A DNA stretch of 64,000 nucleotides. Origin: Octopus sinensis (Eukaryota). The stretch's first letter is position 1. Every line of letters begins with the position of its first letter. The position numbers and the translations under genes were made by a program. The stretch lies in NCBI RefSeq assembly GCF_006345805.1, contig NC_043008.1, positions 75,764,001 to 75,828,000 of the forward strand, read 5' to 3'. Under the pieces are notes generated by a model that made no database searches, was not told where the DNA came from, and worked only from the letters and a program-made list of their open reading frames with translations. Positions 42,197-55,027 of this stretch are shown here, in pieces.

Positions 42197-43073
42197 ATAG
42201 GTATGACAGTGTATACACGGAGAGAAGAGCACCACGTGGACTTCTTACATGCTAGAAAGGCAGTCAAATCCCAAACCACGAAAAGAGCACTTTGCTTGTA
42301 AGCGAGATGGACACTTCAAGGAATAAAAATATCAGTTAAATCTACACCAATGAGTTTCCCCATTAATAATCAAATAAATCAATTAATTAGTCAATTAATT
42401 CATTAATTAAGCGTCTATGGCTCGTCAGTAGCGTCGCTGAAGAATGTATAATTATGAAACTACCGAAAGCATAAAGTAAACACATGTGCATTTAGTTCCA
42501 TCTTTATACTTCAAGAATTCAAATCTTACGCCATCAACGAAAGTGCCGAGTCAGAGTAGTACAGCAGTGAATAAATTCAACCGTGTATTATCTGTCCGAA
42601 GAATTTAAGTATATAACTATATAAATACAGGGTAAAAATATTAAATTAATAATTTTATGTCAGTGGTTAGCGTGCGTAATAAAAGATAGAAGACATAAAT
42701 ATCTTTATAATACAATAGTGTATAAGAATTTATATACGGAGAGAAGACAACCATGTGGACTTCTTGCAAGCTAGAGAGAGCAGTCAAATCACAACCACGA
42801 AAAACCATTCTTATAGCACGTTACATGTAAGTAAGCTGGACACTTGAATGAATAAAAATATACCCATGAGTTTCACAATTATACCCATGGGTTTCACCAT
42901 TAATAATCAAATAAATCAATTAATTGATTAATTAACCATTTGTTGCTCGTCAATAGAATCGCCAGAGAGATATTTACGTCTTCTAACTTTTATTACGAAT
43001 GTTAACCACTAGTACAAATTATACTAGTGGTTAGCATTTAATAAGTTTAACCCTGAATTTATATAGTTATATA

Positions 43074-43108
<35 letters not shown>

Positions 43109-43319
43109 AAACAAGTCAAGATAGAAAATGTTAAAATAACTTTATAAAGAACATTTCAGTACCGGTTTCAGTCATTTGAGACCTTTTAAACTGTAACGAT
43201 TAAATAATTAAATTTAGAAAAATTAAAAGAAAGGTTTTTTAAAAGAATATTTGTATAGTGTTCAAATATAAGTGGCATTTTCCTTGTTTCTGCCTTTCTC
43301 TGTCTCTCTTGTTTACACT

Positions 43320-44025
43320 TGTGGGTTCGAGGTCGAACAACGAAAGTTCATAAGGTCAATTACACAATATTCCCATGTGTCGGAAGGAACAATCAGAAAT
43401 GTTGTCCACGAAAATTTCCTGTAACTGTCATGGTTTTAGGTGTTGTCAGCAATGAAGGGCATGTGATGCCTCGTTACATCTTTCCACGAGCCCTTAGAGT
43501 TAACTCTGCTGCCTACATTGAGGTCCTGGAAATATTTGGTAAGCCCTGAATAGACAGTGTATGCAATAGAAGGCTATGTGTGTTTCTATAAGACTCTGCA
43601 CTGTCAGAGAGAGCTCTAGTAACACAGGAATGGATTGTTGAAAATGTTCATGATCGCATAGCTCCTAACATTTGGGCTAATAATTTCCCTGATCTCAATC
43701 CATTGGACTTTTACATGCGGAGCGTTATTAAGAGAGAGGTCAATGAACACGTCCATAACACCAAAAATTCTTTGAAAGCTGCTATAGTCAGAGTGATATC
43801 CAAAATGGAGCAGGGTCACTTGATTCGAGCATGTAGATGATTTGGATCTCTTATAGAACCTGTTGTTAAAACTGAAGGTGGCTTTATTGAATAACATTAT
43901 AGAAACGAAGGTTTATTTTTCTCCTCATAGCAGTTTTTGATAAATAATGTTATTATTTGTGATTATATATCTGTTTTTTTTATATAAACATAAAACTGTC
44001 CTCAAATATGTTACGCACTCTGTAT
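43320..44025 (+). mobile_element. Tc1/mariner-superfamily transposase relic (DD37D/maT-like)
   Basis: KFPVTVMVLGVVSNEG...YIEVL, WANNFPDLNPLDFY, ending EGGFIE. Confidence 0.8.
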
Positions 44026-45273
44026 ATATATGTGTGTATATGCATATACACACTTATATATATATATATATGTGTGTATATATATATATGTGTGTATGTG
44101 TGTATGTATTAATTCCAAAACAATCTACAATCACCAATATCAGACGTATGCTCATTTGGAGCATAATAATGCCAATACACTTAGATATTCTAGTAACTTT
44201 TACGATACATTACAAAACTATATTCCATGGACTACGTTGTATATTATATATAATTGAACATCTCTCAACTGTTTTTCTCCAGATTACTATTATTGTCTCT
44301 CAGTTATTTGTTACATCCATATTTCGCTTTTTTTGTTTTCATATGTGACACGTTTAACTAATGTCTGTAACAGGAGAGTCGCACAAATAATCAGTTCGTA
44401 TGCGATGTTATGTGATTTTTAAATGAAGACTCCTCCCATAATTGCCATGTGTTAGACATGGATATCTATGCAAGTAGCCATTCCATGCTACTTTTTTCTT
44501 ATATTGTTAGTAGTATTTATTTCTTGGAATCCTAATGGATATATTTCACTTAGTTCAAGACATCATCAGTTCCAAAAAGGTTATGCTTCACCATGTGGTT
44601 ATATGATAAACAGAAAGATAGAGATAGAGACAGCAATGCAATAAATGGTATTATATAACATGTAACTACAGCTAGACACCATAATATAATATTGAATGTG
44701 TATCACATGAAAGAAAAGTTTCAGAAATGACCATGTTTCACTACAGATGTAAAACACATTTGATATATTTAAAAAAACGTATACATATTACTCCAAACGT
44801 TATGTTATTGTATAAATATTCTTCATAAGATATCACATAACATATTTTCAAAGAGTAATATTTTTCATATCGTTTGCAAACGTTTTCCATTTTCTTCTTT
44901 CTCAGGCATTACCCATGGTTATTACATCCTGTCTTATTGTTTCAGTTGCTGAATATGTCGCAGACATTTTTCAGCAACAAAATTTCACGAAACTCTGTAC
45001 CAAATGTATAAATGATGTGTTAGAGGAAAACATCTTAACCTCAGAAGTGATGTAGTACTTTCCGCCATCCATTAAAAAAAAATGTTTCTCTGGTTTTCTT
45101 ACAACATTTCCTGTAATCTCATTTTTTATTGTGAGACTCGGTAAACTTGCATTCACTTTAGGTACCTTAAAGGATTACATAACACATACATTCTAATAAT
45201 AAATACATATAAACATGCATAATATGCACATTAACAGATATATGTATATGAATGTGTTTATATTTATAAGGTG

Positions 45274-45312
<39 letters not shown>

Positions 45313-45429
45313 TTTTATTAAGTAATGTCGAGTTTTACAATTCTGTAAATAATAATAGTAGCATTTTATACGATTAAAGCTGATAGCGATCACCGCGCAA
45401 TGACTAACAAAAATAGTCTATTAATGGGG

Positions 45430-46186
45430 AATGTAATCCCTCGACAGTGAAGAAACATATGTGTGGGAGACGAACACACATCCCTTTATTAACGCGACTA
45501 AGTGTGTTACCGATTACAAGCAAACTAACCTGTTAAATTTAAGAAGTATATTAGTATATTAGATGGCCGAAAATTGTTGATAGTAACGAATAATCTGGGA
45601 GACCTGCAATCAACAGTCCTGTGAAATACATCGCAGATGTGCATGCAACTGTGAGTGGAAATCGCCGAATCACCATCCGTGAGTTATCAGAGGATGTCCA
45701 GGTTAGTTAAGGTTTAGTCCAGTCCATTATCACTGACGATTTGGGTATGAGACACGTGTCTGCTAATTTTGTGCCCAAACTACTTCAGCTAACCAAAAGG
45801 ACACTCGAGTTTCAGTTGCACAAGATCTCCTTGATTGTATCGAGAACAACGAAGACTTTTCGAAAAGTTGCTGTAGGCCTCTAATCAGACATCGCCAAGC
45901 TTTTAGCACAATTTGAGGCAGATTTTCTGCTGAACTTTCTCAACCATTGTCAATGTGACTATCACACGATACACACCTTCCTTCCAAGCACTGCTGTAAA
46001 CAACAGAAGTAAGTTAGAACGATAAAAGTTAGAGAAATCAACCAACTGATTCGCATATTGGAAATACAAGTGGAACAGTAAAACCATGCAAGAATTTTCT
46101 TGGGGTTTAAAATTTGATATGGTTTTTATTATCCACATTCCAAAGATGGAACTTTGCATTTGCTAAAAAAAAAAACAGCCCCTTCT
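45430..46186 (+). mobile_element. Mariner relic (HTH/linker region)
   Basis: NRRITIRELSE...SIITDDLGMRHVSANFVPKLL at ~45660-45785. Confidence 0.65.
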
Positions 46187-46253
46187 TCAGATGAAGAATT
46201 TAAATGAGGAAATACATAAGAGGCACATACATGCATGCATACACACGCACATA

Positions 46254-46287
<34 letters not shown>

Positions 46288-46959
46288 TATTTATACATAT
46301 ATATATATATACATACATACACACACACGCACACACATGCACACACGTGCACACACGTACATATATACATATATATACATACATACATATGCGCATATGG
46401 AGAGAGAAAAGGGAAGAGAGATATATGGGAATTATAAAGATAAGGCATATCAATATTAGGACGGAGAGAGAATATTTTAAAAAGGACACTGACATTATAC
46501 ACACATACGGTACTATCACGGATATCTGATATAATGCACCGAGAAACTACAGTAAACTGAGATTGTCCCACTCTTTAGATTAAAATCTAACTTCCAGGAA
46601 TGTCAGGGGATCTATATAAGAATAGTTTAGCTCTCGATAAGTCTGTGTCTGTTTCATACCGTCTCGAAATCTATAAAATCGATCAAAAATCCTTATCGAG
46701 TCCTAGCATTTGACTCAGCTTTCTTTGATACTGTGGTGTATACATAGGTCGCTGAGGAGACGATGCCGAGTTGTCATTACAATATTACGATCGTGAATGT
46801 AGTACTCTAACCACTAAAGTACGCAGCAACACACAGGCAGACATACATACACACACAAACAGTCACACACACAGGCACACACACACACACACACACACAT
46901 ACACACACAAACACTCCACTCACACACAAATAAATATGATGACATTCTACTCTATGCTG

Positions 46960-47530
46960 TTTTCTTCCCCATTCTTTTCTAATTTACTTTTTCTCCCCTT
47001 CACCGTTTTCTATCTATCACCCCCCTCTTTCTCTTTTTCTCTCTCCCTCGTTGCTCACAAGTGACCATCGCCCATCTTTCTTTTCCTCCCATGAACTTCT
47101 TTCTTTTCCTGCACGACGTTCTAAGGATTGGGCGTCTTCTATCTCCCTCTTCTATCTTTTTTGTTTTTCAAAGAGAATATTTCTCCTAGCATTCATTATT
47201 TTCCTCTCGTTCTGGTCTAACGATGCTTCATCTTCGTTTTCGTCCGGGTTCCTTGTATTTCTCTACTGTCCTGTTTATGTTTCCAACTTTGACTCTCCAA
47301 AGATCCAAAATTTTATTTTTGAATTTATGGGAGTATCTGTCATTGAAATTTCATATTGTCGCTGAATGCTCGAAATGAGGAGTAGATAGACAGCCGACAA
47401 CTGATGAAGTGTCGTCCTCCGTGTTATTTGTCTTGTTTTCGATCTTTCCCTTCTTTGCGTATTAAACTCATTTGTTTCAGTACATTAGGTTGTTTACAAA
47501 GTTGGTGACGTCCTGTACCAATATATGCTT
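46960..47530 (+). mobile_element. PLE-like terminal region with permuted hammerhead (related copy at 59815-60180)
   Basis: Shared TATTTTCCTCTCGTTCT.GTCTAACG...CCAACTTTGAC...CAAAATTTTATTTTTGAATT. Confidence 0.6.
47349..47412 (+). ncRNA. Non-circularly permuted hammerhead motif (variant B)
   Basis: TTTCAT-A-TTGTCG .. ATGCTC-GAAATGAGG .. CGACAA-CTGATGA-AGTGT. Confidence 0.65.
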
Positions 47531-47551
47531 GTATACACACACACATATATA

Positions 47552-47656
<105 letters not shown>

Positions 47657-47761
47657 ACGAGGGTGAGAAAATGGATATTAATTCAAGTAACATCAATTTA
47701 ACAACAGTCGTCTAGCATATTAAAATCTGAAGGTAAATTGTATTATATACATATGAGAGGG

Positions 47762-48218
47762 ATGACCACTATGTGGAAAACCCTTATGCTAGAAGTAGAT
47801 CCGCTATTGTCTTACCACTAAGAAAATGTCTGAAGATAAATTTAGCAAACATCGGAACATAAGCGAGTAAGACAAATAAAAAATAACAAAAATATAGATT
47901 ATTCACATACATATTTCACTATTAACAGATAGTTAGAACTAGATACAAGTCCAACCTCGAGAGGACGTGCTCGTGTATAGTTCTGCAAATTATATTTGTA
48001 TTGACAGTCACACTGAAGATCTACGGACTAACTGCGTAAGTAAAAGTACGTAATCTGTTAATAGTAAAACATGTATGTGAATAATCTATATATCTGTTAA
48101 TTTTCATTTGTCTTGTTAGCTTACATTCTGATGTTTGCTAAATTTTCTTGAAAGCATTTCTTAGTTGTTGGACCATAGCGAATCTACTTCTAAGATAATG
48201 GTTGTCCACATAGTGGTC

Positions 48219-48220
<2 letters not shown>
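47762..48220. repeat. ~165-bp diverged inverted repeat between (TA)n tracts (probable PLE terminus)
   Basis: ATGACCACTATGTGGA.AACC... vs ...GGTT.TCCACATAGTGGTCAT; CTGAAGA in the spacer. Confidence 0.7.
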
Positions 48221-48252
<32 letters not shown>

Positions 48253-48596
48253 GCATAAAAATTTAATGGTTTACAACTAGTAACTTACTCACTTTTACGG
48301 TAATCGTTAGGTATTTAGGTATATGTCAAATGAAAGACGGAAGATGGAATATACGAGAATATATTATTAATCATTTGCCATATATATATATATATATATA
48401 TGTTAATAAAATAGAACATATGCATATATATAAACATATATGTACGTACCTACCTCTACATGTACATATACACGCATATATGTGTACAGGACACCAAAAA
48501 GACGTCGAACACATAGAGAGACGAAAAACATAGACACAAACCAAGGAACAAGACAAGCAAAAAAAAGAGATACAGGACAATAAGCACAACGAAAAA

Positions 48597-48658
48597 TCCC
48601 CTTCTTCAGTCGCTAATGTTTCATCTACTAAACGTTTCGAAGGATAAAAGCGAGACGT
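48597..48658 (-). ncRNA. Non-circularly permuted hammerhead motif (variant C, copy 1)
   Basis: ACGT-C-TCGCT .. TCCTTC-GAAACGT .. AGCGA-CTGAAGA-AGGGGA. Confidence 0.75.
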
Positions 48659-49428
48659 ATACTTCGAAGAAAACTTCCTTCCTGCGAAAAGCAAATCAAT
48701 TAAAATTCTGAGATCTTTTCGCAGAGGGGTAAAAAAAGCAAGACGGTAACGACAGTACAAACATATAAACAGTAAAAATATATATATATAAACAGTGGAA
48801 AAATAAATATATAACAGTGAGAGACAGGACAAGGAGAACAAGATAAGAAGGGCTGTTAACGCCAGACGAAAAAAGTATTGCAAACGCTGGATTATAGTGG
48901 ACGACGAGAGAGAAAGAATGTCGACCAGTAGCCTTAGAAGGCGGGCGAGAAAAGACAGGATAGCAGTTACGACGGAAGTATCGTCGCAGATGGACGACGG
49001 GAATGGGGGAGGAAGAGGAAGAGAGAGAAGAAGGGGAATGGTGCGAGGAGACCATGAAGAACGATGAGGGGGAGAGAGAGAGGAAGAGACAAGTTAAGTG
49101 AGGGAAAAAAGACGAAAAAGGGAATGGGAGAGAAAGAAGGAAAGATGCAGAGTCGCGTGAGAGTTAATATCAAGGCTAACTTGATAAACAGAACAATCTT
49201 ACTTAATAGGGTGCGTGCGTTTAGTCGTATAATGTGTTAATAAAATAGAACATATGCATATATATAAACATATATGTACGTACCTACCTCTACATGTACA
49301 TATACACGCATATATGTGTACAGGACACCAAAAAGACGTCGAACACATAGAGAGACGAAAAACATAGACACAAACCAAGGAACAAGACAAGCAAAAAAGA
49401 GATACAGGACAATAAGCACAACGAAAAA

Positions 49429-49490
49429 TCCCCTTCTTCAGTCGCTAAGGTTTCATCTACTAAACGTTTCGAAGGATAAAAGCGAGACGT
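49429..49490 (-). ncRNA. Non-circularly permuted hammerhead motif (variant C, copy 2)
   Basis: Same as 48597-48658 with one change in a linker. Confidence 0.75.
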
Positions 49491-49620
49491 ATACTTCGAA
49501 GAAAACTTCCTTCCTGCGAAAAGCAAATCAATTAAAATTCTGAGATATTTTCGCAGAGGGGTAAAAAAAGCAAGACGGTAACGATATATATATAATATAT
49601 ATATATATTATATATATATA

Positions 49621-49652
<32 letters not shown>

Positions 49653-50033
49653 GAGATGTGTGTCTGTGTATGCATATATCTAAGCATACATGTATGTGTG
49701 TACTGAACTTCATGCAGACAACTAGTTAACTTGAAATTCAAGGTAATTAAATTTTAATCGTAGCTCAATCTCGTTTTCATGAAAAATGATTTGTGTTTCT
49801 TTTCTTAATCTTGTCTTTTACTATCAAACGCTGCCATGTTCTATTCCCTTCTCATTTTATATTTAGCACTTTCATCTTGTTTCAGAAGTCACCAGGAAAG
49901 ATTCTTTTTATATATAAGTTGTAAAAATCTGACGTTGAATTGGAAAGGGAACATTGTGTGACTTTGAATGTATATGAGTGTGTGGTGTACCCACACACAC
50001 ACACTCATATATATCATATATACATATACATAT

Positions 50034-50110
<77 letters not shown>

Positions 50111-50929
50111 CGTGGGTGTATATGTGTATATAAGTATGAGTGAAGGATTTTACAGGCTTTGTCAGAGGGAGAAAAAGAAGAGGAAAGAAAGAAATGGGTC
50201 CTTTCTGGATGGCTGAAATTGCATCGTATTTTTTAATCAGTTCTATGCTACGTATCTGTCGAAAGGTGTCTTTTTCGGGGAGTGTTTAAATTTATGATAG
50301 TTCAAGAGGTCAATTTTCTTTAGTTATTGGTTTATTGGTTTTCGTGTGTGTCGGTTATGATGTTATCCAGATGTAGAGAAACATTTCGGAAGATTATTAA
50401 ATGATTGTGTGCTTAATCGCACCTGTGAGAAAGAGAGTGAGTATGTTTTGTGTGACTTAAGTGAAGTTTTCCAGTTATTTTATTAACAATAGCGCAAACA
50501 TTTTAATGAGGACTCCTCATGTATGTATTTTTTGTGTACGTTTAGCATACGTTAGAATTATTTTGATAAAATGTAATTCCATTGCCTTCCGGTACCTTGT
50601 CTCATAATTTGGGCATGTGTAGAAGGGAATGATCTTGGTATTCTTTCTACACATATTTTCAGATGCTTACTCAGCAGAAACCTTGCGTAATTCATTTTGT
50701 TGTTTGAAGATACTTGCATACTCTTTTACTTGTTCAGTCATTTGACTGCGGCCATGCTGGAGCACCACCTTTAGTCGAGCAAATCGATCCCAGGACTTAT
50801 TCTTTGTAAGCCCAGTACTTATTCTATCGGTCTCTTTTTGCCGAACCGCTAAGTGACGGGGACGTAAACACACCAGCACCGGTTGTCAAGCAATGCTAGG
50901 GGGACAAACACAGACACACAAACACACAC

Positions 50930-51002
<73 letters not shown>

Positions 51003-51033
51003 TACATATATACGACAGACTTCTTTCAGTTTC

Positions 51034-51064
<31 letters not shown>

Positions 51065-51068
<4 letters not shown>

Positions 51069-51632
51069 AAGAGCAATAAAGATTCAAGTTAATTTAAAAA
51101 ATTTACTTGAATATGGTACCTAACTTAGATGCACCAAAAAAAACTATACTGATTTAACAATACAGTAATGTGGGGTGATTATAAGCGAGAAAGAAGCAAC
51201 AAGAATGGATAGGTTTTTAGTACGATCGTTTCATACAAGGACAGGTTTTATTAAAAGTTGCAAAGATTACAGCATATAAACGAGTCCCGTACTCATCAGC
51301 TAAAATACATAAAATCCCTCATCATATCTATGGAAATTCATATGGATTAGGTCACCTTCTCTGTGATGCTATCAAAACTTTTTTAAAATTCTGTGATAAG
51401 ACTATACATCATCTTTAAGGAACTTTAATGAACTTTAGAAATCTGTTTAATTATCTACATTACTTCATGAGTATAGCCTCAAACACTAGGATGTCTAGAG
51501 AACTTACATGTATTTTAGCTGATGAGTACGGGACTCGTTTATATGCTGTAATCTTTGCAACTTTTAATAAAACCTGTCCTTGTATGAAACGATCGTACTA
51601 AAAACCTATCCATTCTTGTTGCTTCTTTCTCG
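51065..51632. mobile_element. PLE terminal insertion with perfect ~125-bp inverted repeat and two hammerheads
   Basis: 51186-51310 is the reverse complement of 51508-51632; SINE segment CGACAGACTTCTTTCAGTTTCCG is duplicated on both sides. Confidence 0.8.
51513..51603 (+). ncRNA. Type I hammerhead with long stem II (inverted copy at 51215-51305)
   Basis: TTTTAG-CTGATGA-GTAC...GTAT-GAAA-CGATC-GTA-CTAAAA. Confidence 0.75.
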
Positions 51633-51959
51633 TATATATATATATATATATACATATATACGACAGACTTCTTTCAGTTTCCGTCTACCAAATCCACTCA
51701 CAAGGCATTGGTCGGCCCAGGGCTTTAGCAGAAGACACTTGCCCAACATGCCACGCAGTGAGACTGAACCCAGAACCATGTGGTTGGTTAGCAAGCTACT
51801 TTATTTCATATAAGTTGCCATTTAGGCATTTACAAAGAGGGGACAAACAAGGACAGACAATTATAAAGGGTGAAGTAGTTTAACACAGTTAAAATTTTCG
51901 AATGAAATTACGGATAAGATTATAACCAATGAATATTACGAAGACAATGTTTAAAAATA

Positions 51960-54900
51960 TTACTTAATGATCATATCGAAGGACGGACACCCAGCCATCC
52001 GGGTAGAATGGCTGCCAAACATACCCAGCTTGCATGCCACAGGCTTCCATCTTTTCACAAACATATCTCGTGACAGACACCTCTTCTCCAGCCTGATTTT
52101 GCTACTGAGGTGGTAACTAAAAAAGTTAATCAACCCCTGGCCGGAGACAAAGGTGCCTGTCACTATACCTTTCGTACGCGTCTTCCATATTGTTTCTTTC
52201 AGTATGGCTACTACACAGAAAAAACAAGCCTTTCTTTCCCTGTTAAGGAAAGGAGGCGGCACAATCTCGATGATAGACTCAGCTGATAGCTGTACTGTTC
52301 CAATCACTGACAATAGTTGTTCGGCAAAAGCTATCAGTCCCGATAACTCCGGGCACTCCACGAATGCGTGCAAGACGGTTTCCCTATCCAGCTCACATCG
52401 CGGGCATGTCTGTGAGACGGCACTTCCGTGCCTTGACAGCTTGTCGCGAACAGGTAAAGCCGCACGGAAACACTGCCAGGCCAGGGATTTCTGGTAATTA
52501 TCCAGATACCCCGGCCCGAACGTCCTCCGGAACAGGTTGACCAGCTGATTTTCATCGTAGACCAGGGTCTACCACAAGGCGCCTTCGGACTTAACCTCCA
52601 CTAACCCGCTATAGAAATCCGTGGTGGAACTCCTGTTGCCGGTGTTGCCCGCCCGAGATAGTAGCTGGGGCGCCTGACGTTCCAAATGCCATTCAACCAG
52701 TTTAGGTCTCCGCTTGATCCATGCACCGATGTCCGTTAGGGATGTTAACTGGGGATGGTAGAACCGGACGTGCGGTGACCACACCTGCTCTCCATCCAGG
52801 TAAAGCCAGAGATGCCTTAAACTTAACGCGAGTTTTTGCATCCTCAGCCAAGGCATCCCTAGCCCACCCTTTAGCGGTTTCTGGCAGCAGACAGAGCACT
52901 TTACATGTGGCTTTCCTTCTTTCCACAAAAAGCGGAAAAGGATTCTCTCCAACTTGTTCAGCCACAAATCGGGGCAAGGCACCACGGTCAGACGGTAGGT
53001 GATTACTGATGCTATAAACATCTGAACCACCTCCGCCTTCCCTAGCAGGAATAACGCCCGCCCAGACCAGGTCTGGGTTAGAGCGGTCACCTTGTTGGCC
53101 ACCTCACTCCAATTTTTCTCAATCTGGAGGTCTGGCCCGAACCAGACTCCGAGCAGCTTAACAGGAACTTCCGTCCAACGCTCTACGACGCTATTGGACG
53201 GCATCGGTTTGCCCCTCCAGGTGCCGAGTTGCAAACCGACCGACTTGTCCTTGTTAACCTTTGCTCCTGCCACCGCCTCGTAGCTTTTGATGGCCTCTTC
53301 CACCACTGGAAGCTGGCCTTCGTCTGCCACAATGGTGGAGGTGTCATCCGCATACGCCGTAGCTCCTCTTCCACACCATAGATCATGCGGCGCGCAACCT
53401 AGTGCCTCCAACTTCCGCAGCAAAGGCTCAAGGGCCAATACGTATAGGAGCGAGGACAGGGGACACCCTTGACGAACTGAACGCTCGATCCTGAACGGCT
53501 TCGAAAAGAAACCGTTCACTTTGACTACAGACTCGATGAGGCTATACAAAGCAGCGATCCAACCTCGAAAGGTCGGGCCTAGGCCAGCCTCTCCGAGGAC
53601 CGCCGCCAAGTACTGATGGTCGACCCTATCAAATGCTTTGGACTGGTCTAAAGGTACCAGTGCTCACCTGTGCCAGAAAGCTTCCCCACCCTCTCTAAGG
53701 AGTAGCGTATAAGGTGGAAATTATCGTGGATCGGTCTGCCAGGGATAGCGCACATAAGGGCCTCATCATGATCCAGCGTCCCGCACCTCCCGAACAACTC
53801 GGCGAAGTGCTTGTGAAGTGCGTCACACATCTCGTCCCGCTTCTTGACCGTGCATCCGTTTTCATCAACAAGAGACCCAATTGTGGCATCGTTGCCACGC
53901 TCTGTTTCTATCGTACGGGCCCATCCGGCAACATTAATTCCCTCACGGCCCAATGCTCGTACTTTAGCCCAAACTCTACACCCCTCATGTTTGGTTTTGA
54001 GGTGACGGTCTAATGCCGTTCTCGCCGCTAAAGTGTGAGATGCAGAGCCCAACCTCAACGCCTCCTCTAAGTTCTTAACTAGTTGCCCTTCTATTCTAGC
54101 CCTATCTAGTCTTAGTTGTTTGCTAAATCTAATAGACTCGAATCGAATGGCTCTTTTGAGGGCGAACCACCACCGGTTATAAACCACGGCTCCGGTTAAC
54201 GCCCTCTGCACTAACTCCTTAATCCGGCTACGGTATGCATCGCGAGTCAAACTATACTTGTTCAGCTTCCAGTAGCCGGTTCCTATCTTAAGTGTGCTAT
54301 CTATGTCCAGTCTACACTTGACCATTCTTTGATCAGTATAAGGCACCTGGACGAGCTGTGGACAACTAAAACTAGACTTATCTCTAGTTCTTATCCCTAT
54401 CCTGTCTAGATAAGGCTTGAACCTTCCGTCGCCACTCATCCAGGTCCACTCTGGGACGTTCGGATGGTCAAGTCTGTAACGATCCGCCAGCTGAAACCGC
54501 TTAAGCAGATCCACGAGACGTGAGTTCACTTTCCTATAGATCGAGCCAACGCTATCGATGTGTACGTCAACGATAACATTAAAGTCCCCTAATATCACTA
54601 AAATCTTCGACGTCACGAGAAAGCCCTCTAGGCGCCGATAAAAATCAGTTTGGAAACCTCTAGCACAAGGTGCATAGAGTCCGATCAACCTGAAGGCCTT
54701 ACTGCTGTATGTCACATCAAGGACGACCAGCCCACCTTCTGGGTCCACATAGACTGTACTTGTCTGCAGAGCCAAGCCTTTACGGATCAGTACCACTACA
54801 CCCCCTCGCCCTCCGGTCTGGCCAGGAGACATGATTTTCTCGTAGCCATTCAGGAAAGGCGAGAAGGTTTGTAGCCTGTACAGATTGGTCTCTGTAGCAA

Positions 54901-55006
54901 CCATCACATGTATATCATGTGATCTGAGGTCGTCGAGGAAACAAGCCTGCTTCCACTTCGAACTCAGACCACGCACATTTAAAGAACCAAGGTTAAGAGA
55001 AGCCAT
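51960..55006 (-). pseudogene. Tx1-like ORF2 (AP endonuclease plus RT), frameshifted and internally deleted
   Basis: SLNVRGL, LGDFN, YLDRI, GYWKLN, SVRQGCPLS, AYADD, GGLGMP, CPRC...HAFVEC. Confidence 0.9.
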
Positions 55007-55027
55007 TACAAAAAGTAAAAAAGTTCT

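Larger units (their letters stand above)
48401..49584 (-). mobile_element. ORF-less element with ~350-bp direct repeats, each carrying a permuted hammerhead
   Basis: 48401-48752 nearly identical to 49235-49584; (TA)n on both sides. Confidence 0.8.

Noticed and set aside
42215-43075. Direct and inverted repeats suggesting another hammerhead element
   Set aside because: CTGAAGA at ~42436 lacks consistent stems; treated as an unclassified repeat.
43157-43194. Hammerhead-shaped motif on the minus strand (GAAACCGGTA)
   Set aside because: CUGANGA core is degraded to TTTAAAA.
50120-50700. Possible PLE RT remnant on the minus strand (PFYTCPKL)
   Set aside because: Too decayed to support by eye.
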